Position numbers and translations under genes: made by a program. The notes beneath the pieces were generated by a model. The model had not been told where the DNA came from. It saw only the letters and a program-made list of their open reading frames with translations, and did no database searches. This document shows, piece by piece, positions 1 to 11,744 of a stretch of 64,000 nucleotides of DNA. This DNA comes from Octopus sinensis. Its lineage: Eukaryota. The stretch is taken from assembly GCF_006345805.1 (NCBI RefSeq), contig NC_043000.1, positions 75,454,001 to 75,518,000 on the forward strand, read 5' to 3'. Positions within the stretch are counted from its first letter, which is position 1, and each line of letters opens with the position of its first letter.

Positions 1-1200
1 GGAAATCCCCTGGCCCATCAGGAATTACTGCAGAGATGCTCAAAATATCTGGTAGTGTCGGCTATAGCCTAGTCCCCGTATAGTTAACCAGGTGATACAC
101 GAAGGAGTCATACACAATGACTGGTGTAGCAGCATAATAGTCAACTGCTACAAAGGTAAAGGTGACGTCCTAGATACAAATAATTACAGAGGTATCAAGC
201 TGTTGGATCAGGTAATGAAGGTTACGGAGAAGGTTATAGCCCAACTAATTAGAGAGAAAGTTAATTTAGATGAGATACAGTTTGGGTTTGTGCCAGGGAA
301 AAGCAGCACTGATGCCATATTCCAGGTAAGACAGCTGCTGGAGAAATATCTAGTCAAAGATAAGCCCCTGTTGACATGGAGAAAGCCTTCGACAGGGTCC
401 CCGAACCCTTATCTGAGTACCTTGAGAGAAAAGTTGGACCTAAGAAGCATCAGTTGTGGTGTGCAAGAGAGACATTTGTGCTGGTATGGTCATGTGGCAA
501 GAATGGCTGAAAAAGTGAAAAAGTGCCACACCCTAGCGGTTGAGGGAACCTGTGGAAGAGGTAGACCCAGGAAAACCTGGGATGAGGTGGTGAAGCACGA
601 CCTTCGAACTTTAGGTCTCACGAGGAAATGACTAGAGATCGAGACCTTTGGAAGTATGCTGTGTGTAAGAAGACCCGGCAGTACAAGTGAGGCCATAACC
701 CGTGGCCTCAGTCCACTTTATGCATACCTTTGCTTCTTGGGACACAAAACTCTACTTGCGAAGACCTGTTGAGGCAAGTGAAAAACAAAAACAAAATCAA
801 AATCGATCAACATCAATGGAAATCGTAGCTGTGATACCAGTGCCAGTGGCACATAAGAGAACCATCCAAACGTGGCCATTGCCAGTGCCGACCTGACTGC
901 CTCCGTGCCAATGGCACGTAAAAAGCACCATCCGATCATGGCCGTTGCCAGCCTCGCCTGGCCTCCGTGCCAGTGGCACATAAAAAGCACCATCCGATCG
1001 TGGCCGTTTGCCAGCGTCGTCTGGCACCTCTGCCAGTGGCACGTAAAAAGCACCCACTACACTCATGGAGTGGTTGGCGTTAGGAAGGGCATCCAGCCGT
1101 AGAAACATTGGGCCTGGTGCAGCATTCTGGCTTCCCAGACCCAAGTTGAACCATCCAACCCATGCCAGCATGGAAAGCGGGCGCTAAACGATGATGATGA
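1..1200 (+). mobile_element. RTE-clade LINE family A, internally deleted 3' fragment with 3' UTR and (GAT)n tail
   Basis: RT residues (GKGDVLDTNNYRGIKLLDQVMK...QFGFVPGKS) match the copies at 11745 and 38770. It jumps near 415 straight to the C-terminus (GRGRPRKTWDEVVKHDL). Ends CATGGAAAGCGGGCGCTAAACGATGATGATGA. Confidence 0.92.
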
Positions 1201-1276
1201 TACATGTATATGTATAGCTGTATATGTATACATGCATTTCTATAGATATACATGTATATGTATACATGTATGTCTA

Positions 1277-1322
<46 letters not shown>

Positions 1323-1420
1323 TGTACATGTAATATGTACACATATATATATATACACATATATACATGCACACATATATACACCCATACACACACACAC
1401 ACATATACACATATACATAG

Positions 1421-1788
1421 GTGCAGGTGTGGCTGTGTGGTAACAAACTTGGTTCCAAAACACATGGTCCTCAGTTCAGTCCCACTGTGTGATAACTTGG
1501 CACGTCTTCTGCTATAGCCTCAGACCAACCAAAGTCTTCCAGTGGATTTTGCAGACAGAAACTGAAAGAAATCAATTGTATATATATGTAAGTCTATGTA
1601 TGTGTGTTTGTGTTTATCCCTCATCACTGCTTCACAACTGGTGTTCGTTTATTTATATCCCCATAACGTACTGGTTTTATGAGAAGAAACTGATAGAATA
1701 AGTACCAGGTTTATCAAAATATAAAAAAGCACTAGGCAGTGTCTCATATTTTTGTTTGCCCACTCAATTGTATCTCTCAATTTATCTT

Positions 1789-1790
<2 letters not shown>
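1421..1790 (+). mobile_element. tRNA-derived SINE, diverged copy
   Basis: A-box-like TGGCTGTGTGGT, B-box-like AGTTCAGTCCC; colinear with the SINE at 44468. Confidence 0.75.
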
Positions 1791-1824
<34 letters not shown>

Positions 1825-1910
1825 GAGATATATATATAGAGAGATTTCGTAGCCAGGAACTGAAACAAATCAATCGTATATATACGTATGTATATATGTA
1901 AATGTATGTG

Positions 1911-4622
1911 CTTTGGTATTGGCAACATGAATGACAATGGTCAGAGACTACTTGAATTTTTCACATACTATAACCTGTGCATCACCAACACATTCTCTGC
2001 CAACAAGACATCCCACAAGGCATCTTGGAGACACCCAAGATCTCATCACTGGCATCAGCTGGATCTCATCATTACACAAAGATTCTTTCTGAATTCTGTT
2101 CAACTGACCCGTAGTTACTACAGCGCAGATTGTGACACAGATCATTCACTAATAAGAAGCAGGGTGAGGATTCCGCCTAAAAAAGTGCATCACTCCAAGA
2201 AAATGGGCCAACCATGCATTAACACTGCCAGAACCTCGGACCCTACACTGCGAAAATGCTTTGCTGTTTCTATCAAGGTTTCCCTCAGTAGCTGCCCAAC
2301 TCCTCTGCTGAAAGTAGGTGGAATTATATCAGGGAAGCTGATATAATAGATATATACCATCAATAGATACTTTCAGCATGAGAGAAAGGCAAAACCCAGA
2401 TTGGTTCAGTGCTGGGCTCTCAGAGCTGGAAACAGTTATCGAAGAAAAGCGTGCAGCTCTGATGCAATACAAGGGTGATTCTTCTACAAATTCACTCGAA
2501 GAACTCAAAAAGGCACGAAATAAAACCCAACTGATTACCAGACGCTGTGCAAATAGGTATTGGCAGGAAATCTGTCAGAGTATCCAGTCAGCTGCTGACA
2601 GTGGCGACACCTGTGGGATGTATGCTGGTTTGAAGAAAGCCTTCGGTCCATCCACAAACCAAGTCAGCCCCTCTGGAATCAACTACTGGAGATCTCATCA
2701 AGGACCAAAGCAAGCAAATGGATAGATGGGTGGAGTACTACCAGGATCTCTACTCACAGGAGACCATGATAGCTGAGGCTGCAATCGAGGGTGTCAAGAT
2801 CTTGCCAGTCATGTGCGAACTTGACAGTCTGCCATCTATAGAAGAGCTCACCAAGGCTATTGACTCTGTAGCAAATAACAAGGCTCCGGGAAAAGATGGC
2901 ATCTCCTTAGAGATCATCAAAACCGGCAAAAACACCATCCTGCTTTGGCACCTTCATGAGCTTCTGTGTCAGTGCTGGAAAGAGGATAAAGTCCCTCAGG
3001 ATATGCGGGATGCTAACATCATTATGCTTTAAAAAAACAAAGGTGACCGTGGTGATTATAACAATTACCGTGGAATATCTCTTCTAAGCACTGTTGGAAA
3101 GACCTTTGCTCGCATTATCCTGTCCAGGCTACAACTGCTTGCTTCTCGAATTTATTCAGAATCGCAGTGTGGATTTAGATCAACTATTGACATGATATTC
3201 TCCATGCGCCAACTTCATGAGAAGTCCAGAGAGCAGAAAATGCCATTATATATGGCCTTCATTGATCTGACAAAGGCCTTTGACTTGGTAAGTAGAAAAG
3301 GCCTCTTCATCCTGCTCCGAAAAATCGGATGTCCACCAAAGCTGCTGAGGATCATCAAATTTTCCATGATGATATGCAAAGCCCAATACAGCACAATGGT
3401 TCAACATCAGCCGCCTTCCAAATAAAAAACGGGGTAAAGCAGGGTTGTGTCCTTGCTCCTACATTATTTGGCATCTTCTTCTCGCTGCTGCTGTCACATG
3501 CCTTTCAGACATCAGATGATGGAGTGTTTCTGCACAGTAGAAGTGATGAGAAACTGTTCAATCTCTCGCATCTGCGTGCCAAGACGAAAATCAGAAGCAT
3601 CCTGATCAAGGAGATGCTATTTGCTGATGATGCCACTCTGGTATCACACACAGAAGAAGTCCTGCAAAGGCTCATCAACTGTAGCGACTCTGGCTTAGTT
3701 ATCAGCCTCAAGAAGACCAACATCATGGGTCAGGCTACATTGGACATCTCAAACATACATATTGGAGACCACAGACTACAAGAGGTGGAGAAGTTTACCT
3801 ATCTTGGCTCTACCATCACCTACAACCTATCCCTTGATGCTGAGCTCAATATACGCATTGGCAAGGCAGCTGCTGTGATGGCCCAACTCTCCAAACGGGC
3901 ATGGGACAACAATAAGCTGACCAAGACCACAAAAATGAAGATTTACCAGGCATGTGTACTTAGCACTCTACTGTATGTAAGTGAGACTGGGATGCCATAC
4001 ACATGCCAAGAGTGTCGCCTAAATATCTTCTTTTACCTGCGCTGCCTCCGGAAAATCCTTGGCATCAAATGGCAGAATCATGTCCCCAACAAAGATGTCC
4101 TCAGGCAAGCAGGAATACCAAGCATGTTTGCATTCCTCACACAAAGACGTATGAGATGGCTTGGACATGTTAGCCGTATGGAAGATGGCAGAATCCCCAA
4201 GGACATACTCTACTGAGAGCTTGCTAGGGGCACTAGGTCTGTGGGAAGACCCTTCTTATGATACAAGGATGTTTGCAAAAGGGACATGAATGCCTGCAAC
4301 ATCAATATTATCAACTGGGAAGCAGTTGCCAGCAACCATGGAAATTGGCGATGTACTGTAAAAGAGGGAATACAAAGGAGTGACATAGAGAGAGGAGAAA
4401 TGAAAAGACAAGAAAAGACGTCAACAAGAAACTATGACATTACAACCAGGCAGGCAAAGTCTTTGCTACATTTGCGGCACCTCCCAGAGGGAGTGTTTGT
4501 CCAGGATAGGACTACACAGCCACAGCAGGAGATGTATTAGGACATGAAATGTAAAAGCCGGACTAGATTATTTTATGGACAACTCCATTGTCTCCCTAGA
4601 CAAAAAGGATGCCAACAACAAT
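1911..4622 (+). mobile_element. RTE-clade LINE family B, 5'-truncated and decayed (APE C-half + RT)
   Basis: GNMNDNGQRLLEF, HPRSHHWHQLDLII, AFIDLTKAFDLVSR, KQGCVLAPTLF, MLFADD, FTYLGS, GRIPKDILY; several stops and frameshifts; tail GGATGCCAACAACAAT. Confidence 0.92.
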
Positions 4623-4629
4623 ATATATG

Positions 4630-4890
4630 GATTTCATAGACAGGAACTGAAGCAAATCAATTGTGTATATATATGTATATATGTAAGTGTATGTGTTTGT
4701 CTTTGTCTCTGTGTTTCGCCCTCATCATTGCTTCACAACTACTGTTCATATATTTACATCCACATAACTTACTGGTTTCGCAAGAACAAACTAATAGAAT
4801 AAGTACCAGACTTATCAACATAAAAAATGCACTAGCCTGTGTCTCATATTTTTGTTTGCCCACTCAGTTGTATCTATCAATTTATTTTTG
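4630..4890 (+). mobile_element. Headless SINE body, related to 1545-1790
   Basis: Shares GAACTGAA..AAATCAAT, TTGCTTCACAACT, ATAGAATAAGTACCAG and GTCTCATATTTTTGTTTGCCCACTCA with the first SINE. Confidence 0.65.
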
Positions 4891-4904
4891 TATGTCTGTG
4901 TGTG

Positions 4905-4935
<31 letters not shown>

Positions 4936-4936
4936 A

Positions 4937-5018
<82 letters not shown>

Positions 5019-6249
5019 CACCCTAATGGGAACCTTAACTCCCAAATTTTAGTAATTTCTTTTATGATCCAAAACTAGGTCAAAAGTACTGAATGGATCT
5101 TTATGAAATTTGGAAATTATAGTCTATGCATAAGGGCTATAACCCCCATGACAATTCCTATATTTTTGCTGTTGATGAAATTTTAACCATAGATATTAGA
5201 CACAAATGAAGTAATATTTATAAAATTTCATCTTCTTACAAGTTAGAAAGACCCCTCCATGGGGACTTAGCACCCACAATTTTGTCACTTTATCTTAGCA
5301 AAAACGAATACAGTTGTGCTCTTGGAAGCTGTAGGGTTACCCGAGCATAAAAGATGGGCATTATTTGTAATTCAATGGTACAACAGTGTAACAGTTTGCT
5401 TTGACATACACTTACAATGTGATTTCTGCAATGTGGTGCATAAATTGTCAAGTAAATGAGAAGCATACTTGCCTCCACTGATTCAGTTGCAAAGTGTTGA
5501 GTAAAGTTATTTGATTGCAGACCTCTTTTCAGTCTTTTTATTATCACTGGGTCACACAGAGTCCCCAGATGGTAACACTGATCTCAAGTCCTTCCCAGAT
5601 GAATGACTGGTTATTCAAAAACATTTATAGATTGTAAATTTATTCTGTCCAGTTACGTATCAGTATAGTGGTCATTTGAAAACTCCAACTTTCATTTCTC
5701 CTTAGCCCTCACGTCACACAGTTGTTAATGTTTATTTCAGTTGGGTCATGCCCTTCCAATTGCTTTAGATTAAAAATGCATCTTTTGACTGTGCCTGTCA
5801 TTGACAGTTGTAATGACTAGGGTAGGGTAGCTGACTGCTTATTGTGATCATTCGTCTTTTGGTTTCCTGTAGCTTTGCTCTCTTTTACAAACCCAGTGAA
5901 CATATATTCCCTATTTCAAAGAAATTCAAACAATAGATATAAAACCCAAGTTAAAAAGTTTCTCAAAAATTCAACTTCTCTGGTTGACATTAAGATGTCC
6001 ACCCCAACAGGGCCTTAACTCTCACGTATTGGAGCAAAATCTTTTTAACAGGTTCAGTAAGACTGGAATTTTGGAATATGCACATAAATATCAGTAGTAT
6101 GGGATACATGTGGCACGATTACAATTTTTTGTGGGGGGTGTAAAGAGGGAAATAACCTTCATCTGCAATTTTGATGAAATTTGAAGCATAGATATTCCAG
6201 TTCATTAGAGAAAATATAACAGAAAAGTCTAATTCTTTAATTGCATGTA

Positions 6250-6278
6250 ACATGGGCAATGCCGGGTATCTCTGCTAG
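6250..6278 (+). mobile_element. Helitron-like 3' end (5' end not located)
   Basis: GC-rich CATGGGCAATGCCGGG followed by TATCTCTGCTAG|T. Confidence 0.5.
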
Positions 6279-6764
6279 TATATATATAAAATATATATAA
6301 CATAAGGTTGGATTTTTGTATGCTTTATTAAATTTTGTAGATAAATATTCATAAATTTATACCTTTCGCTTAACTTGCACATTATTAGAATTCTTTGTTT
6401 ACGTTTAATATTTTGAAAGTGAATTTAACAATGTACATTGTAATAACGGGAAATTAATACTGTATATTTATTTATTTTCAATTATTCATGGTATTTACAA
6501 TTAGTTTTAATCATTCAGTCTTTAATCAACCAACCGTAACAGAGACAAAGAAATTCAAATTTGTTAACCAATTAGATTTAGCCTATGATTAAAAATATTT
6601 GCTCCCTAATCCCCGACAGATTTAAAATACCAAAATATTAATATATAACGCATATATGCTTGTTACTTCTATTTGTTGCCCACATGCATGGACTTGTGTG
6701 CATAAATAATAATAATATTGTAATAACCCTGGTCTAACTGTATGTTTTATATATATATATATAT

Positions 6765-7142
6765 ATATGAAAAAACAAGTCAAAATAGAAAATGCTAAAA
6801 TAATTTTATAAAGAACATTTCAGTACTGGTTTCGGTCATTTTGAGACCTTTTCAACTGTAACGATTAAATAATTAAATTTGGAAAAATTAAAAGAAAAGT
6901 TTTTTTAAAGGAATATTTGTATAGTGTTCAAATATAAGTGGCATTCTGCCTTTCTCTGTCTCCCTTGTTTGCACTTGTGTGTTCAAGGCCGTTGTGAATC
7001 GAACACACAAGTGCAAACAAGGGAGACAGAGAAAGGCAGAATGCCACTTATATTTGAACACTATATTTTTCGAAACCGGTACTGAAATGTTCTTTATAAA
7101 ATTATTTTAGCATTTTCTATTTAGACTTGTTTTTTCATATAT
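6765..7142. repeat. Nested fold-back: 64-bp perfect inner stem plus about 70-bp outer stem
   Basis: 6921-6984 is the exact reverse complement of 7001-7064 (16-nt loop); about 6765-6834 pairs with 7071-7140 with 2 mismatches. Confidence 0.95.
6821..6858 (-). ncRNA. Minimal type I hammerhead-like motif, U3:A8 core variant
   Basis: Minus strand CAG-UUGAAAA-GGUC(UCAAAAU)GACC-GAA-ACCAGU-A-CUG; the opposite arm keeps palindromic ACCGGT at 7075-7080. Confidence 0.6.
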
Positions 7143-7170
7143 ATCAACTCGTGTGTTCCTTTTCACCCTT

Positions 7171-7228
<58 letters not shown>

Positions 7229-7469
7229 GTTGACTGTGATTTTAAAATTTATAAGATTACATCTCTCATAACTATTTGTTTATATTGTACTGTAGTATAC
7301 AATATATTGGAATTTACTATGATATGTATTGTGAAGTGAAGATTTCACTGAATCTAATAATATTATTATTATTAATAAATATAATAATAATAATAATATT
7401 AGCAATAATTAAGTATTGTATGTGTATTCATGAATATAGATGTATATGTATGTTCCTGTATATATATAT

Positions 7470-7527
<58 letters not shown>

Positions 7528-7718
7528 ATATGATTAATTGTCTATATGCTTGTACATATGTTTAATTGTGCCTATTTATGTATTTATGTACATGTATAGG
7601 TGTATATATTTTGCTTATGAATATATATGTTTATGTATATATGGATATATATTTATATATTCAATTGTACGTGTATCCTGTTTCATTCATATATTTATAT
7701 TTTGAAAGTACTTTATAA

Positions 7719-7840
7719 TCTCTGACGAGGTCTATGGATATATATAAGTACCATATTTTTAACTGCTTACAAACTCAATATACTTGACAAGTATAGGCAC
7801 AGAAATTTACTTTTTTCCGTAGGCTGAAACAGCTGTAAGG
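7719..7840 (+). ncRNA. Type I hammerhead-like motif with canonical core and long loop II
   Basis: CUGACGA 7722-7728; stem II GGUCUAUGG/CCGUAGGCU (9 pairs, 3 G-U); GAA; palindromic ACAGCUGU; A17; stem I UCU/AGG. Confidence 0.62.
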
Positions 7841-8050
7841 AATTTTAATGATTCTAACAATTTATATTAATGTTTTTTAAATAAATATTTGTATTCATAT
7901 CTTAAATGTATTGAATTTTATACTGTATATATGTATATTATTATACATATATAGTTGTAGTTTTGTTAATTAAATAAGAAAACATTATAATATCCTAAAG
8001 CTGATAAACCAACTAATGTGTTTCTCCATTTTCTTATTTGTAATATAAAT

Positions 8051-8215
8051 TAATGGTAAAATATTTCTTTACCTACACCCATTCAGTACAATGAGTTCAT
8101 TGCATTGCAATTAAAAACACTTGTGTATTAACAATTTGGGTAGTATACCAACAGTATATTGGATAAGTATTATCCATTAGTGGATTGGATCCACAACCCC
8201 TAACTTATTTGGTGT

Positions 8216-8253
<38 letters not shown>

Positions 8254-8380
8254 ATATATAATATATACATATAACATATATATTATATATACATATATAC
8301 ATATATATTATATATGTATATATGTATATATATATATGTATATATGTATATATATGTATATATATATATATACTTGGTGT

Positions 8381-8420
<40 letters not shown>

Positions 8421-8585
8421 ACACCAAATAAATTAGGGGTTGTGGATCCAATCCACTAAGGGATAATACTTATCCAATATACTGTTGGTATACTACCCAA
8501 ATTGTTAATACACAAGTGTTTTTAATTGCAATGCAATGAACTCATTGTATTAAAGGGTGTAGGTAAAGAAATATTTTACCATTAA
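8051..8585. repeat. About 170-bp inverted repeat flanking a (TA)n-rich spacer
   Basis: 8051-8220 pairs with 8417-8585 with a few substitutions. Confidence 0.93.
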
Positions 8586-8595
8586 TTATTTACCA

Positions 8596-8675
8596 TTAAT
8601 ATATATATATATATATATAGATATATATATATATATTATATATAAATATATATATGTATATATATATAATAATAG

Positions 8676-8732
<57 letters not shown>

Positions 8733-8744
8733 ATATATATATAT

Positions 8745-8829
<85 letters not shown>

Positions 8830-8886
8830 TAAATATAGATATGTATATATATATATAATTATATATATATACATATATACATATAT

Positions 8887-8933
<47 letters not shown>

Positions 8934-8990
8934 GCACACATATATATATACATGCATATATACATATGTATAAATATATATATATATGGT
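8596..8990. repeat. (TA)n microsatellite, representative of dozens in the window
   Basis: Interrupted AT dinucleotide array; source of the IYIYIY ORFs. Confidence 0.98.
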
Positions 8991-9389
8991 CTTTAATATA
9001 ACTTAACATTTGCAAGTATAGCTAATAAACGTATTTAATTGGAAAAGTGTAATAACTAATGTAATAGTGAATTTAAGGATTCACATTATATTAACATTTT
9101 ATTTACATGGTGAATTTGATTTTTGTATCTTTCGAAAGTTTCTTCCAATTTTCTCAGAAATTTTGTCAAATATATAATTCAAACTTTCTACATCTATTGA
9201 AAGTTTTTTATAAAATATTTCCCAACTTTTACCAAATATGTAATTCTAACGTATAATACCCTTTTAGGCCACTCAATATATATTAAGAAATCGCATAGTT
9301 TTCACTTTAAATGGTTTGTTATATTATTATTTTATTGGTTATTGTTATGTATATATATATGTATGTATATGTGTGTGGGTGTATATGTT

Positions 9390-9463
<74 letters not shown>

Positions 9464-9559
9464 ATGTGTATTTATGTACATATACATATATATGTGTACG
9501 TGTGTGTGTGCGTATGTATGTATGTATATATGTATGTATGTATGTATGTATGTGTGTAT

Positions 9560-10223
9560 CTTAATCAACCAACTGTAACTAAGACAAAGAAATTCAAATG
9601 TGTTAACCAATTAGTTTTAGCTTAGGATTGAAAATAATCTCTCCCCTATCCCCGTAGGATTTTAAACCACTGAAATATTATATTAATAATAACGTAAGCA
9701 TAGCTTGTAATGGCCTATCTCTTATCTCTTGGTCTGTGAACTATACGTATGTATATACATATATCTTTTGTATGATGAAAAGGGAAAAAAAATTCTCTAT
9801 ATGTATTAGTGTATGTTTATGCTTTTCTATGTATATGCATATGCATGTCTTTATTACCTGTGTATATATATATATTTGTATGCAGAATAAGACTGAAGTT
9901 TCGATTTTGACTGTATGATATATGAATATACTGACATTGTTGAATTAACGTGCTTGCATCTTTCATAAACATCTGTCTATATATTATATTATATTATAAG
10001 AAATTATACTATATACTATGTTGTATTTTTCATTTACTATGTATTGTGAATAGCAGAATGCACAAAGTCTTATGTTGATATAATAATAATAATAATAATA
10101 ATAATATTGGAAATGTAATGAACATTGTATATGTACCCATTGATGTGGATGTATAGGTATATTCCAGTATAAATATTTATTTATCTGTAACCTTATGTGT
10201 ATGTATATTTTTATATATATACT

Positions 10224-10254
<31 letters not shown>

Positions 10255-10500
10255 TTATGTGTATATATATATATCCTATTGTATGTGTATTTTGTTTCAT
10301 ATTTATATTTACATTTTTATAATTGTACTTTGTAATCTCTGATGAAACCTTGAGATATATATATATAAGTAACTCATTTTTAACTGCATATTACCTTAAT
10401 ACATCTGACTAATATAGGCAGAATGAGATACTTTATCTATAGGCTGAAACAGCTGTAAGGACCATTTTATGTGTATTATTCTTATGGTATTATTATCTTG
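9560..10500 (+). mobile_element. Non-coding Penelope-type element, copy 2
   Basis: Colinear with 6520-8045; CTGATGA at 10339 and GAAACAGCTGTA at 10446 with eroded stem II. Confidence 0.55.
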
Positions 10501-10554
10501 CATATTCATGTATATTGTTTTGTTCGATTTGTATGTTCCTATTTATATAGTTAA

Positions 10555-11562
10555 CTAGCATTAAAGGCCCGTCGTTGCCGGGTCATAGTGCTAATGCATG
10601 TATATATATATGTGTACATATTACATGTACATCTATATATATACATCTACACATAAAATACAAAATACAAAGTTATATCTTGATATCGCTAGTGATAACA
10701 AAACTCAAAATATATAACAGACTGGAATTGTTAGCCCGTCTCTTGTAATTTCGATCAATTGTATCTTGTCCTCCCTCTTGTATAGAAGTGTGGCTACAAT
10801 CCAGCCTACCTCTACTTCTGGGGGGAGGGGGGCATTTAAAATTTTTTTCCGGGATGTCCTACGTCCCAGATATGAGGGTAAATTAAAAATATTTCCACTT
10901 TGTAAGTTCGAGTCGAGTACTCCCTTGCATGCTCCGTTGACTCGAACCTTGCTTCTATTGTGGCGAATTTACCGCCTCTGATTAGATACCTTTCATAGTT
11001 GCACCAAAACACTTTTCGAAGGTGCTTTCCTCCATGTGTTCAAATCTTTTTTTTTCTCTACATTGTATACTTTATAGACAATAGTTTTTTCTTTAGCTTA
11101 ATTTTTATATCCATCTGGACTATTCCATTTCTGCACGCTAATTTTATTTTAATTTATTCCCATTATGTGAAACCACTTATTCAAGTTCAAATCATTGATG
11201 CAATTTTATACCATTGCTATTTTTACTTTTGTTATGTTACTTTAGTTTGATTTTATTATTACTTACTACATATAATTCAATTGTTATTATTATTTTTATT
11301 GTTAAAGTGAAATTATCTGACATAAAATAGAGAAACGTTTTTGTTTCACTTTTAACATGTAATACTGAAATAGTGGAAAAGATATGATATTGCTATGAAC
11401 TCGCTCTAGGCAAGAAGTTGAACATTTTTTCTGCCCATGAAACTACATGGACCCTAAGTAACGCATGTGTAAAATTTGAATGAAATTGGATGTGTAGTTC
11501 GCCAGTTTTAGGGAAACACACAGACAGACAGACACACATTCTCAGTTTTATATATATAAAGA
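10555..11562 (-). mobile_element. Non-autonomous Helitron
   Basis: Minus strand starts A|TCTTTATATATATAAAA and ends with GC-rich CCCGGCAACGACGGG then CTAG|T. Confidence 0.75.
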
Positions 11563-11667
11563 TAAATAATATGAAACAGTAATATCTGTAAGTTGATGAT
11601 TGAAATGAATTTGTTCTTCCATTTTCTTATTTGTATATATATACATACATACATATATATATGTATG

Positions 11668-11744
<77 letters not shown>

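Larger units (their letters stand above)
6520..8045 (+). mobile_element. Non-coding Penelope-type element, copy 1 (interrupted at 6765-7142)
   Basis: Colinear with 9560-10500 (TAATCAACCAAC.GTAAC..GACAAAGAAATTCAAAT ... GGCTGAAACAGCTGTAAGG); hammerhead-like motif near its 3' end. Confidence 0.55.

Noticed and set aside
5290-5830. Coding-like minus-strand stretch
   Set aside because: No recognisable motif and stops in all frames; possibly an old TE, left unassigned.
11669-11744. N-terminus of the 764-aa ORF
   Set aside because: The ATG and MYIYIY come from (TA)n; the element is 5'-truncated at about 11745.
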